64,000 nucleotides of DNA, taken from positions 1-64,000 of IMG/VR virus record IMGVR_UViG_3300032093_000070. One strand, given 5' to 3'. Shown piece after piece: positions 37,217-46,357 of the stretch (positions are counted from its first letter, which is position 1; every line of letters starts with the position of its first letter). Under the pieces are notes generated by a model. It did no database searches and was not told where the DNA came from. It saw only the letters and a program-made list of their open reading frames with translations. A program made the position numbers and the translations under genes. This stretch comes from a virus.

Positions 37217-38352
37217 TACTTGCTAGCTCCTATTCCGGATCCAGAGAAGCATTCAATAGAGATTGAAACTTGTGTTTGAAGCGGGATCATGGTCTCTGTG
37301 AACTTAGTATGGTTCATAGAAAGGTTAGAGATCCAACCAACATAGGAAAGATTATCTTGCGTAGGTCCAAGTTCTATACCTAGAAGCGTTGGCTGTAAAT
37401 AACCAATATTGGCGGTTACTCTGTTTAGTAGGTTGGTGTAATAGCCGGGTTTGCCATCAGGTCCAATGAATCCCGATCCGTTTACTGCTCTAAATAAATA
37501 TTCAAGATCATAGAGGGTTCCTTGCCGTAGTAAGGCATCCATCTCTGTAGCAAAGTCTTGCTTTAGTTCGTTTGGGTATCTATTGAGGTAGTAGGTTTCA
37601 AAAGTTTTTAAGTCAGAAGTGGTGCCCTGTGAAGCATGCTTGATACAGGCAAAGTCATTAGTTCTATCTAGAAGAAGGTTTAAGCTAACCGTCTCTTGAC
37701 CTGGAAACACACCTGTTACTACACGAAGAGCATCCGCAGCAGACGGGGTGATGTCCATATTTCTAGCAACATTTACAGAGATTGATTCTGGGTTCCATAA
37801 GAATTGGAAAGCATACTTTCTATCTTCTAAGTTAATTTCGCTTCCGCCAACGACTTTTGTGCCAGCAACTTTTTCAGCCGCGGTTACAGTTTCTCCAGTA
37901 GATGAGTCAATTTGAGTGATGTCGCCAGAGGTGTTCCAGTACCAAATACGACCACGACGAAGACCATGGAAAGATGTTCCAGATCCATTAGCTCCGCTTA
38001 CTATAGTTGAATCAACTTCAACTGGTCGTAGCGGGATACTCCACTGATGAGGTGGCAAGTTAAACTTGTAGTCTTTAGGTGAAGCCGTCCAATTATTTTT
38101 TGCTGTGGTAACTACATCATTTGAGTTTGGTTTTTCTTGAGCCTTATCAGCGTCTAATGCCAACAACAAAGCAATATTTCTGTTAGTAAACCCACCTTTT
38201 AATCCAGCTTCAATAAGATCTAGTTCGGTATAGGTTTTACCGTTAAGTACTTTAGTTAAACGCTTATTACCTGTAGAGGTTGAGTTAGTTGAATTAGCGG
38301 CAGATGTTTTTTGGTTGTATGAGCCGTAGTTGGTAGCGTCTAAATATCCCAT
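37216..38352 (-). CDS. tail tube initiator/baseplate protein
   Basis: FQFLWNPESI...YVGWI...FTETMIP; lies between TMP and LysM genes. Confidence 0.65.
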   Translation of the reverse strand: MGYLDATNYGSYNQKTSAANSTNSTSTGNKRLTKVLNGKTYTELDLIEAGLKGGFTNRNIALLLALDADKAQEKPNSNDVVTTAKNNWTASPKDYKFNLPPHQWSIPLRPVEVDSTIVSGANGSGTSFHGLRRGRIWYWNTSGDITQIDSSTGETVTAAEKVAGTKVVGGSEINLEDRKYAFQFLWNPESISVNVARNMDITPSAADALRVVTGVFPGQETVSLNLLLDRTNDFACIKHASQGTTSDLKTFETYYLNRYPNELKQDFATEMDALLRQGTLYDLEYLFRAVNGSGFIGPDGKPGYYTNLLNRVTANIGYLQPTLLGIELGPTQDNLSYVGWISNLSMNHTKFTETMIPLQTQVSISIECFSGSGIGASK

Positions 38353-40661
38353 TACTTACTCGCCGCCTTTTCTAGTATCTTCTCATCTGAGAACATCTTC
38401 TTAATAGTCTCAGCAATTTTCTTAGCGTTGTCACCAAGTACATTTATAACTACTCCGCCATAGTTGTGGGTAACCCCGCCAGAGCTTAGGGCGCTTGTCA
38501 GCATACCCATACCGCCCGCAGCGCTAGCGCCTTGATTAATAAAAGACTTAAGATCTTTTACTTGAGTTGCGTACTGTGGATCTTTAAGAAGTTTATTAAC
38601 TTCAGCTAGTGTCTTAGCATCAAGAGATGCAGGATCAACACCAAAGAATGTAGCAACATCTTCAGCGCTTGTGGTTCCTCCACCACCTTTGCCCGTACCC
38701 CACTTAGACGCGTAAACCGCATCCATAATTCTAGATTTATCTTTTCCGCTGACGATAGCATTAACGATCTTGTCGTAGCCTCGTTCTTTTGCTTTTTCAG
38801 TCAGCGTTAATACAGTTGCTTCTAGACCTTGATTCCAGCTGGTGTAGTGCCGTACTCCGTGAGATCTTCCAGGTCCTGCATCCATAAGACTTGAGCCAGG
38901 TAGAATGCGAGTAGTGTTAAGTGGGTTGTAGCCAGCAGAGTTATTCCAGTGCCCACCTTCTTGATCCATCCATGATGTAACAGCAGCCATATTAGCGTCT
39001 GTTGGCGATCCACCTAGCTTTGTGATTAAAGCTCTAGCCCAATCTTGTTTACTTAAATTTGGACCTGTATCTTTTACGCTTCCACCATGGTGCCTAAATG
39101 GATTTTTGTTATCCATATTAGGAATGATTGTTCCATCGGTTTTCGGAATAAATAATTCTGGGCCTTCTTCACCAACAACATAGGGAACCTTATCGCTTAC
39201 TCCACCACCAGTAGCTTTTCCTTTAATGCCTAATAGCATCGTTAAGATTTTGGTTAGGAAATCGTTTCCAGATCCCATTAGCGTGGTCACAAAAGCATTT
39301 CCGCGAGTAGCCAACTGTAGAACACCTGTAAATCGATCAAGCATGTTCATGAACTGACCAAGCATCGTCAAGCTTTGAGCCGCTTGTTCATAGCCAATAG
39401 CTCCAGCGTTTGCCACTTGACCAAGTCCTTGAGCGGCAGCGGCATTTCTCTTGCTGAACGCACTAACAGCAGCAGTAGTTCCACCAAACTCTTGAATGTT
39501 TTCTTTAGTAATAGCTCCGCCACCAGTCTTTGCTTTAAACAAAAGACCGTTAGCAACTAACTGTTTTGCCATAGGATCGTTGCCAAAATACATATCAAGC
39601 ATGGAGTCCATAGAGTTACCAGGCTGTAAGCCGATAAGGACTTCGCGCTCAGACGGCTTTCTATCTGAGCCGTAAGCTCGTGCGTAGTCGCGGCAAATCT
39701 TTTTCCAGAGGTCGTCAATGATCTGATCAGGTGGCTTTAGGTTGCCCTGCTCATCACGAAGACGAATACCAATTCCGCGAAGCATGTTTACATTGCGTCC
39801 CTGTTGCATTGCGCCAAAGGCTCGCATTGATCCTTCGGCACCGATGCCGGGAAGAAGGTTGGATACTTGAGCAACGCCCATACCGACGCTACCAAATTGA
39901 CCACCAGCTTGAGTGATGTTAGGCCCAGTGATGCCGTAGCTTTGAGCGGCGACCAAAGATCGCATCGCATCCATCTTGTCAAGAACCGTGCCTTCATAAG
40001 ACATTCGTTCTTGTAATTGACGCATACGTTCAAAGTCGTATGTTCCACCAATCATTGGGTTCTCCATGAGAACCTCTTTGCCAGATGTAAGTCTTCTACC
40101 GCTAGGACCAGCAGAGTTAAAGAACGCGGCGCGTTGCATGAGAAGTTGAGCCTCTACTGCATCAGACGCAGAGAACAAAGCTCCGCTTGCTGCGCCGGCA
40201 AATAGAGCGCCCGCAGCAGGGTTTTCTTTTATAAAGTCTGTGAGGTTAGTGCCACCTGTAAATCTGCCACCGCCACCACCGCCTGTAGTGGAAATATCAG
40301 GAGTATATGCAACTACTGTCCCACCTCGACTGTATGGGACCATGCCACCGCCACCGCCAGTAAGAGCAGGTGGTTGAGCGCCTCCGCCTCCACCTCCACC
40401 TATTGCGGCTTGACCTGCTGGTGGAGTAAATTCTGGATCCGGTGCAACTTGATTTGAGCTTCCACCAATTCCACCACCGCCACCGCCCATCTTGATGCTA
40501 GACATAGCATCTCTAAAGCGTTGGGCAGATGTGGTGGCGTCTTGAAGCTCTTGCTTAAAAAGTCTAAATTCTTGACGAGCATCAACTATGCCGTTTTTGA
40601 GGTCAACAATAAAAGACGCTCGGGTTGATCCACCTAGCCCCAAACGATCTTTGCTATCCAT
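38352..40661 (-). CDS. tape measure protein with C-terminal lysozyme-like domain
   Basis: Ala/Gly-rich helical protein; YVVGEEGPELF; W-x3-EGG...YNPLNTT...Y-x-SW-x2-GL. Confidence 0.8.
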   Translation of the reverse strand: MDSKDRLGLGGSTRASFIVDLKNGIVDARQEFRLFKQELQDATTSAQRFRDAMSSIKMGGGGGGIGGSSNQVAPDPEFTPPAGQAAIGGGGGGGAQPPALTGGGGGMVPYSRGGTVVAYTPDISTTGGGGGGRFTGGTNLTDFIKENPAAGALFAGAASGALFSASDAVEAQLLMQRAAFFNSAGPSGRRLTSGKEVLMENPMIGGTYDFERMRQLQERMSYEGTVLDKMDAMRSLVAAQSYGITGPNITQAGGQFGSVGMGVAQVSNLLPGIGAEGSMRAFGAMQQGRNVNMLRGIGIRLRDEQGNLKPPDQIIDDLWKKICRDYARAYGSDRKPSEREVLIGLQPGNSMDSMLDMYFGNDPMAKQLVANGLLFKAKTGGGAITKENIQEFGGTTAAVSAFSKRNAAAAQGLGQVANAGAIGYEQAAQSLTMLGQFMNMLDRFTGVLQLATRGNAFVTTLMGSGNDFLTKILTMLLGIKGKATGGGVSDKVPYVVGEEGPELFIPKTDGTIIPNMDNKNPFRHHGGSVKDTGPNLSKQDWARALITKLGGSPTDANMAAVTSWMDQEGGHWNNSAGYNPLNTTRILPGSSLMDAGPGRSHGVRHYTSWNQGLEATVLTLTEKAKERGYDKIVNAIVSGKDKSRIMDAVYASKWGTGKGGGGTTSAEDVATFFGVDPASLDAKTLAEVNKLLKDPQYATQVKDLKSFINQGASAAGGMGMLTSALSSGGVTHNYGGVVINVLGDNAKKIAETIKKMFSDEKILEKAASK

Positions 40662-40825
40662 CAGCTAATTCCTCTTCTGCTATAACGTTGCGCTCGGTCT
40701 AACCAGTTGAGGCGCTCTCTATAAGAAAGCTTCCTAATCTCCGATAGCGTCCATCCGCTAAAGGTTCTAGTTAGAACTTCGTATTGGTTAAGAAGATGTT
40801 CGTAGTCTTGCTTGCTATAAGCGAA
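40661..40825 (-). CDS. start-less second ORF of the tail assembly chaperone, reached by frameshift
   Basis: 55 codons with no in-frame ATG/GTG/TTG; YEVL...GWTLSEIRKLSYRER-x2-W; TGATG overlap with TMP. Confidence 0.7.
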   Translation of the reverse strand, partial: FAYSKQDYEHLLNQYEVLTRTFSGWTLSEIRKLSYRERLNWLDRAQRYSRRGIS

Positions 40826-41606
40826 ACAAGTCGGTCAAACTTAACGGTAGAGGAATATCCTCACCGCATGCCTGACAAGTCTTCTTCACCTCCCCAAGGC
40901 GTGGGCCTGGGTTACGGTTCAGGATCTCATCAATAATCTTGTTTCGATCTGCCATACCAAGTGATAAAGCAGTTCGAGCGCCTACTGATGGAGCCCCGTT
41001 AATAGATGTAATGCAACCAGAAAGAAGAATGGTGTTTACCTCAGCGGCTGTCTTATCAATATTGTCCATAAGTTTCTTTTGAACAATACCGTTAGGTAGC
41101 GCTACGGTTACGGTGCCCTTCTTTGTTTCTACAACCCAGTTTCGGTCATTGACCGCATCCTTTAGTTCCTTTGATGGAACATCAGTTAGCAGGTCAATTA
41201 CTACCTGTTGTTGCTGGCTGCAATTACCGCATCTAACTGTCACATTCAGCTCACTGCCAAATGTAATAGTCCTGATGCCTATGAGAATTGCATCTCTGTC
41301 GCCGGATAGTAGCTGGTCTAGGTGATCCCGAGTTACCTCTTCGTTTCCAATTTTAACTAAACCGCGTTCCAGTAAAGCGTTGAGCGCTTTAGCTGTTGAC
41401 CCGGTTCTTGAAACAATCTCCTCGTCCTCTCCGTTTAGTTCTCTAACTTCAGCGGTGCGAACAACACCGCTTGGGGTTAGGTAACCACCCGGTAAAGTTA
41501 CTTCGGAGTCGGATGGAGCCCGAGTTGTTACTTCTGCCTCGGGCTCCTCCAGAGCCTTCTTTGCGTATTGATTAACTAGTTCCGCATCAGTAATGATTTC
41601 AGTCAC
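40815..41606 (-). CDS. tail assembly chaperone (T4 gp26-like)
   Basis: VTLPGG, RELNGEDEE, GDRDAIL-x2-IR, two CxxC; between tube and TMP. Confidence 0.75.
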   Translation of the reverse strand: MTEIITDAELVNQYAKKALEEPEAEVTTRAPSDSEVTLPGGYLTPSGVVRTAEVRELNGEDEEIVSRTGSTAKALNALLERGLVKIGNEEVTRDHLDQLLSGDRDAILIGIRTITFGSELNVTVRCGNCSQQQQVVIDLLTDVPSKELKDAVNDRNWVVETKKGTVTVALPNGIVQKKLMDNIDKTAAEVNTILLSGCITSINGAPSVGARTALSLGMADRNKIIDEILNRNPGPRLGEVKKTCQACGEDIPLPLSLTDLFRL

Positions 41607-41648
41607 GGTTTATTACTCCCTATTGTTTGGTTATTACGCTTGTACTAC

Positions 41649-42293
41649 TTATCCCTTTGCTCCACCTTCGACTGGTGTAAAGCCTGTATCAGTAAAGAAT
41701 ACTGACAAACCTTCGTGCACCAAGCTCATGGATTCAAACAAGATTGCTCCATCGTTAGCATTTAGATCGGTGTAGTTTAATCCACTGATCCAAGCGTTGT
41801 GTACTTTGAAGCCCATGCGAGGGACATTTGCATCTGTAGGTCCAGCGTTTGGATGATCCATAACCCAGATCTTTAGATTGACGCGGAAGGTTTTCTTTTC
41901 GGCTAAGCCTACTTTTAGACCATCACCAGCAGCCGCAGCAAACAAACCACGCATCCATGTGATTGCTTGGTCGTTTCCGTATAGGACGCCGCGTTGCATT
42001 GTGATTGGGCTGAAAGTGGTCATACCAGGTACTTGATGTACGGTGGTGTTGTAGCCGCCTTCACGGTATTGAATTGATTGAGTGGTGATGTTAAGACCAC
42101 TGATATTTGTAAAGCCTCCTGCCCAGCCTACTGACTTACCAGAAGTGCTAGCTGCCGCATCTGATGACTTAATACGATCATCAAATACAGTTTCTCCGTT
42201 ACGGCCAACTACTTCGAATTCAACATAGAATCGAAACGAGCGTAACGGATCTGTCGCTAGGGTAGAGAAGCGATTGATTGTTGTGTTTGGCAT
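41649..42293 (-). CDS. tail tube protein (T4 gp19-like)
   Basis: DPLRSFRF, YREGG, PG-x5-PIT-x2-RG, NAW. Confidence 0.92.
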   Translation of the reverse strand: MPNTTINRFSTLATDPLRSFRFYVEFEVVGRNGETVFDDRIKSSDAAASTSGKSVGWAGGFTNISGLNITTQSIQYREGGYNTTVHQVPGMTTFSPITMQRGVLYGNDQAITWMRGLFAAAAGDGLKVGLAEKKTFRVNLKIWVMDHPNAGPTDANVPRMGFKVHNAWISGLNYTDLNANDGAILFESMSLVHEGLSVFFTDTGFTPVEGGAKG

Positions 42294-42308
42294 GTGTGAT
42301 TATCTCCT

Positions 42309-43802
42309 TTACGCCACAGTAACGGTGGTTCCACCGTCAAATTGACCGATCTTGATAACAACAAATTCAGCTGGACGCTGTAGTGCCACACCAACTTCGA
42401 TATGGACTTCTCCATTATCAATAGATGCTTGTGGGTTATTTGTTGCATCAACCTTAACAAAGAACGCCTGTTGCGGGGTCGCTCCACGAAGACCGCCCTG
42501 TGACCAGAAGCCTGTTAAGAATCCGCTGACAGTCGCGTTGATACGACGCCATAGAGCCTCATCGTTTGGCTCAAAGATCGCAAACTCTGTGAGATCTGTG
42601 AGTGCCTTACGGAGGTAAATAAGAGTTCTGCGTACTGGAACATACTTGTCAACATATCCAGTCTTAAGAGTGCGTGAACCCATAACGACAATGCCTGATC
42701 CTGGAACATACTTAATTGCGTTAACTGGGGCTGCTGCTGAGTTCAAGCTATCTAGCTCTGTATTAGTAAGTGTTGCCACTGAAACTGCTCCAGCAACTCT
42801 GGTTTGTAGTCCTGCTGGCGCTTTGAAGACACCGCGAGAAGCATCAGTAGTTGAATAAATACCTACTAAAGCTGCTCCAGCACCTACGGTTTTTGTTTGA
42901 CCGCTTGCTCCTCCAACACCAACTGTTGGGTCAGAGATAACGAGAGGTGGGTAGTAAACCGCGGCGTATGAGGTTGGTGTGTATGTTGCAGCAAGTGTCA
43001 AAGCATCTGCCGCAGTAGCACTAGTTGAGTCAATAACAACAAAGACATCATCTCTGCTTTCAGCGTATGAGATAGCAGCGTTGATAGTAGTTGCAGCGGT
43101 TACGCCGGGAACATTGAGAATCAAAGACTGATTAATTACATCAAATCCAGAGAAGTCTGTAATGTTTCCAACGGTAGATCCGTTAGCACCAGTGCTTAGG
43201 GCTTGGTTAGTTACAACAGATGGGTTTCTATCAGAACCTGTAGTAGCAGATCCTAGATCTGTTGCTGTTACATATACCGAACCAGCATTAATAACTGAAA
43301 CTGCAAAACGAGTATCTGTAGGGGTCATGCTTAGATCAGTAAACTTCTCTACAATTTCAGCATCAGTGTTTCCACCGTAATAAACAGTAAGATCAAACTT
43401 ACCTGTTGTTAGAGAGTTAGAGATAGTAACGTTAATGCTGTTACCCCATGTACCCTCGTTTTTAGAATTAAGGCGAAGCGTTGCCAAAGGCGTTCCAGCA
43501 CGATCGTTGAAAGTACGGACTGCGGTTGCGGCTCCAGCTCCTACGACACGCTTAACATAAGCGCGGCTTCCTCCGTTTGCGAAGAACATATAAACACCTA
43601 GTGGCAAGTTATTGCTTGCGGTGGTGTTCCATGTTCCAAACAGATTTGTGTACTGGCTCCACGATGTAACCAGTGTTGGTGTAGTAGGTCCACGATCGTT
43701 AGTGCCGATGAAAGCACCAACTGAATCGGAGTTAGGCCCTACTGTTGATTGAATAGGATTTAGTACTTCTTGTACATAAACCCCAGGGCGTTGAAATGCC
43801 AT
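42309..43802 (-). CDS. tail sheath protein
   Basis: PGVYVQE, FFANGG, RGVFKAPAG, YVPVRR, FEPN, RPAEFV. Confidence 0.95.
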   Translation of the reverse strand: MAFQRPGVYVQEVLNPIQSTVGPNSDSVGAFIGTNDRGPTTPTLVTSWSQYTNLFGTWNTTASNNLPLGVYMFFANGGSRAYVKRVVGAGAATAVRTFNDRAGTPLATLRLNSKNEGTWGNSINVTISNSLTTGKFDLTVYYGGNTDAEIVEKFTDLSMTPTDTRFAVSVINAGSVYVTATDLGSATTGSDRNPSVVTNQALSTGANGSTVGNITDFSGFDVINQSLILNVPGVTAATTINAAISYAESRDDVFVVIDSTSATAADALTLAATYTPTSYAAVYYPPLVISDPTVGVGGASGQTKTVGAGAALVGIYSTTDASRGVFKAPAGLQTRVAGAVSVATLTNTELDSLNSAAAPVNAIKYVPGSGIVVMGSRTLKTGYVDKYVPVRRTLIYLRKALTDLTEFAIFEPNDEALWRRINATVSGFLTGFWSQGGLRGATPQQAFFVKVDATNNPQASIDNGEVHIEVGVALQRPAEFVVIKIGQFDGGTTVTVA

Positions 43803-43840
43803 TAGTTTATCTCCTTAGTTTTAAACAGAGTACCCATGTA

Positions 43841-44464
43841 TTAGACCATCTCGTATCCAGTAGGGGGAGTCGTCTTATCCAGAAAGACTTCATCAACAAT
43901 TGGAGTTGCGGTGACTGCCACATAAGGTGACATCTCACTTATCACTCTGACTGTTAATGCGTTGCGAAGAATACGACGGGCTCCGCCAGTATCCTCCTCA
44001 ACTCCGTCTAGTTTTGTATATCCATCAAGGAACATACTTCGGTATGCCGTCTCAGTACCTAACTGATTTGGCACAGCTAGCTTGCCGTACTTTGATGGAA
44101 ACTTTTGTAGTAGTTGAATTAATAAAGCTCTATCGTGGCGTGGATGGCGCGAGTGTGAAGTAACTTGATACACAATGTCATATGCCACTGGGACATCATA
44201 GGTGTAAATCAGCGATCCACTTGCTGCGATTGTTCCTTGATAGTCTGCGTCAGAGAGGCGACCTTGGATCTGTCGATCATTTGCTGGAACGATATCTAAA
44301 AGATCAATGGTGACAAAAGGAAACTTTTGGTCACGTATTTCTACATCTGGGTACCCAAACCACACTTGAACAGGTCTTCCCATATTTTTTTCATCAGAGA
44401 CCGTCATACCAGCTAGGTAGGTTTTCAAGGCTAGGTCTTCAGCAATAACAAATGGATTAGGCAT
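43841..44464 (-). CDS. probable tail/sheath terminator
   Basis: Directly upstream of sheath; FPFVTI...YQV. Confidence 0.55.
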   Translation of the reverse strand: MPNPFVIAEDLALKTYLAGMTVSDEKNMGRPVQVWFGYPDVEIRDQKFPFVTIDLLDIVPANDRQIQGRLSDADYQGTIAASGSLIYTYDVPVAYDIVYQVTSHSRHPRHDRALLIQLLQKFPSKYGKLAVPNQLGTETAYRSMFLDGYTKLDGVEEDTGGARRILRNALTVRVISEMSPYVAVTATPIVDEVFLDKTTPPTGYEMV

Positions 44465-44795
44465 ATATCTCCTCTAGGTTAAAGAGGTTGGACGCGACAT
44501 GATCTTTATAAAACTCTTTAATCAACGGCTGGATCTTGTAGATGAAAGATCTCAATACCGAGTTAGGTACCTGCCCAGTTTTTCCGTACTCCAGATCCTG
44601 GACTATTTGAGCTACCTCTTCTGGGTAGTCAATGTAAAGGGAAGCGCCATCAAAGGAAACCGTCAGTTGTTTAATTACTCGAGCCGGCCAGTTAGAGGCT
44701 AGGGCTAGGGACTGAAGCTCGTCAGTCAATACGGGGATTAGGTAGAAGGCAGCGTCAGAGACAGTCGCGTCTACTTCATTTGTTTCTGCGATCAC
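44457..44795 (-). CDS. probable neck/tail completion protein
   Basis: LEYG...P-x3-LR motif; position in operon. Confidence 0.5.
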   Translation of the reverse strand: MIAETNEVDATVSDAAFYLIPVLTDELQSLALASNWPARVIKQLTVSFDGASLYIDYPEEVAQIVQDLEYGKTGQVPNSVLRSFIYKIQPLIKEFYKDHVASNLFNLEEIYA

Positions 44796-44946
44796 GCTTC
44801 AAAGCCTTCCCTACTACATATGCCCCTAATGCGCCGTAGAAAAGTTTTGTGCTGTCGTCCTTGTCAGGAAGGTTCTTTGCTATCTCTCTAGCAAACAGAA
44901 CTTGATCAGGCTTATCTACTTTTGGTTGGTTCGGTAAACCAAACAT
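44776..44946 (-). CDS. 56 aa hypothetical protein (not in ORF track)
   Basis: AAGGAG SD; MFGLPNQPKVDKPDQ...ALKRDRRNK. Confidence 0.6.
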   Translation of the reverse strand: MFGLPNQPKVDKPDQVLFAREIAKNLPDKDDSTKLFYGALGAYVVGKALKRDRRNK

Positions 44947-45029
44947 CGCAGTCTCCTTGTGGAGTAGGGCACGTGTACAGCGCAGGGGTAGAACTTTGAT
45001 TCCCGCATGGAATCAAAAATAGTATAAAG

Positions 45030-45054
45030 GCAAAAGCCCCCTTTCGGGGGCTTA
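45030..45054 (-). terminator. intrinsic terminator
   Basis: On minus strand AAGCCCCC-gaaa-GGGGGCTT then TTG. Confidence 0.75.
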
Positions 45055-45057
45055 GCC

Positions 45058-45318
45058 TTACTTCTTTTCTTTCTTCTTTTCGGCTTTTTCTTCAGCCTTT
45101 TCTTTTGCCTTGACCTTCTTGATAATCGCATCGTCCTTCTTGCGATCCTCAGCTATGGTCTTTGGCTTCTTCTTTTTGCCGTGGGCTTTGTCCAGTTTTT
45201 CGAACATAGCCTTATCGTCCTTGTCTTTGATGCCGGCTTTTTTCATAAGGCGGGCATCCATCTTTTCGTCCTTAGACTTTGTGTATTTGCCCTTCATGAA
45301 GCTAGGGGTCTTGGACAT
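45058..45318 (-). CDS. Lys/Asp/Glu-rich small protein
   Basis: TGATG overlap; last gene before terminator. Confidence 0.75.
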   Translation of the reverse strand: MSKTPSFMKGKYTKSKDEKMDARLMKKAGIKDKDDKAMFEKLDKAHGKKKKPKTIAEDRKKDDAIIKKVKAKEKAEEKAEKKKEKK

Positions 45319-45377
45319 CAGTGCTTTCCCTTACAAACTTTGCAGGAGCACTTGCAGTTATCTTTCTTGCAGCCCAT
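45318..45377 (-). CDS. 19 aa metallothionein-like peptide
   Basis: MGCKKDNCKCSCKVCKGKH; overlapping stop/start at both ends. Confidence 0.55.
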   Translation of the reverse strand: MGCKKDNCKCSCKVCKGKH

Positions 45378-45505
45378 TATTTTTTACCCTTCTTCTTGTC
45401 TTTTACAGGCGCACCCTTCTTTGCAGCAAACTTCTTGTTCGCCGCTTTGAGGGTCTTCATCCCGTGCTTGTCCTTGGGACGGCCACAACCGCAGGTCGCG
45501 CACAT
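45377..45505 (-). CDS. 42 aa Lys-rich peptide starting MCATCGCG
   Basis: TAATG overlaps at both ends. Confidence 0.7.
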   Translation of the reverse strand: MCATCGCGRPKDKHGMKTLKAANKKFAAKKGAPVKDKKKGKK

Positions 45506-45666
45506 TACTTCTTCTTCTTTGCACGAAGAGCAGCGAAGTCTGATCCTTCTAACTTGCCGTTCTTGTTTGTATCAAGTTTCTTTTGCTTAGAAGATAATCC
45601 CTTTGTTGCTGCCTTCTTAGCTGGGGCTTTCTTCTTGTTACCCATGCAACCACATGTAGCGCACAT
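45505..45666 (-). CDS. 53 aa Lys-rich peptide starting MCATCGC with EF-hand-like loop
   Basis: LDTNKNGKLEGSDF; TAATG overlaps. Confidence 0.7.
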   Translation of the reverse strand: MCATCGCMGNKKKAPAKKAATKGLSSKQKKLDTNKNGKLEGSDFAALRAKKKK

Positions 45667-45812
45667 TACTTCTTACCTGCTTTCTGTTTCTTGGGTTTTG
45701 CGACTTTGTTCTTGCCGGATCCTTCTGGGACACAGTTAGGAACCTTCTTGCCATTTTTCATTTTAAAACCAACTTGGACATAGCCGTCCCAGCATGGACC
45801 TTGCTTTGCCAT
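45666..45812 (-). CDS. 48 aa Lys-rich peptide with CWDGY...VPNCVP
   Basis: GGAG SD; TAATG overlaps. Confidence 0.7.
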   Translation of the reverse strand: MAKQGPCWDGYVQVGFKMKNGKKVPNCVPEGSGKNKVAKPKKQKAGKK

Positions 45813-46021
45813 TATTTCTCCTTCTTATGCGGATTCTTTTTGTGCCAGTCCTTGACGGCTTTGACGCCTTCTTTGACTGTTTTAGATCCACCTTTTTTAG
45901 TGAGGTTAATCTTATCCCACTTGCCAGCCTTTGCCTTGGCTTCGTGGTCTACAACAACATCGCCCTTTTTGTTTTTCTTGACGGTGTGTTTAACCCCAGC
46001 AACTTTCAAGGTCTTTGCCAT
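45812..46021 (-). CDS. 69 aa Lys-rich protein
   Basis: TAATG overlaps. Confidence 0.7.
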   Translation of the reverse strand: MAKTLKVAGVKHTVKKNKKGDVVVDHEAKAKAGKWDKINLTKKGGSKTVKEGVKAVKDWHKKNPHKKEK

Positions 46022-46185
46022 TACGAGCTCTTTCTATAGCGGATAGTGGCTTTAGGTTTGCGGATAATTCCGCCAGCTTTTTTTCGGGATTTAGCGCCGC
46101 CAGTTTTGTATTTGCTACCAGTCAAGGCAACATCTACAGACTTCTTTGGGTCCTTTCCCGCGGTTTGACCGATTCTCTTAGGCAT
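46021..46185 (-). CDS. 54 aa Lys/Arg-rich peptide
   Basis: MPKRIGQTAGKDPKK...RYRKSS; TAATG overlap. Confidence 0.6.
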   Translation of the reverse strand: MPKRIGQTAGKDPKKSVDVALTGSKYKTGGAKSRKKAGGIIRKPKATIRYRKSS

Positions 46186-46187
46186 AG

Positions 46188-46349
46188 TTATTTCTTCTTT
46201 TTCTTAGACATTCCAGCTTCGCTCATGGCAATAGCCACAGCTTGCTTCTTTGATTTGACTACAGGACCTTTGCCAGGACCTTTCTTGCCAGACTTCAAGG
46301 TTTTATTCTTGAACTCCTTCATTACTTTCTGTACTTTATCCTGCGCCAT
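46188..46349 (-). CDS. 53 aa Lys-rich peptide (DUF6496-like)
   Basis: AGGAGG SD; KVMKEFK-x2-TLKSG...KSKKQAVAIAMSEAG. Confidence 0.75.
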   Translation of the reverse strand: MAQDKVQKVMKEFKNKTLKSGKKGPGKGPVVKSKKQAVAIAMSEAGMSKKKKK

Positions 46350-46357
46350 GGTTCCTC

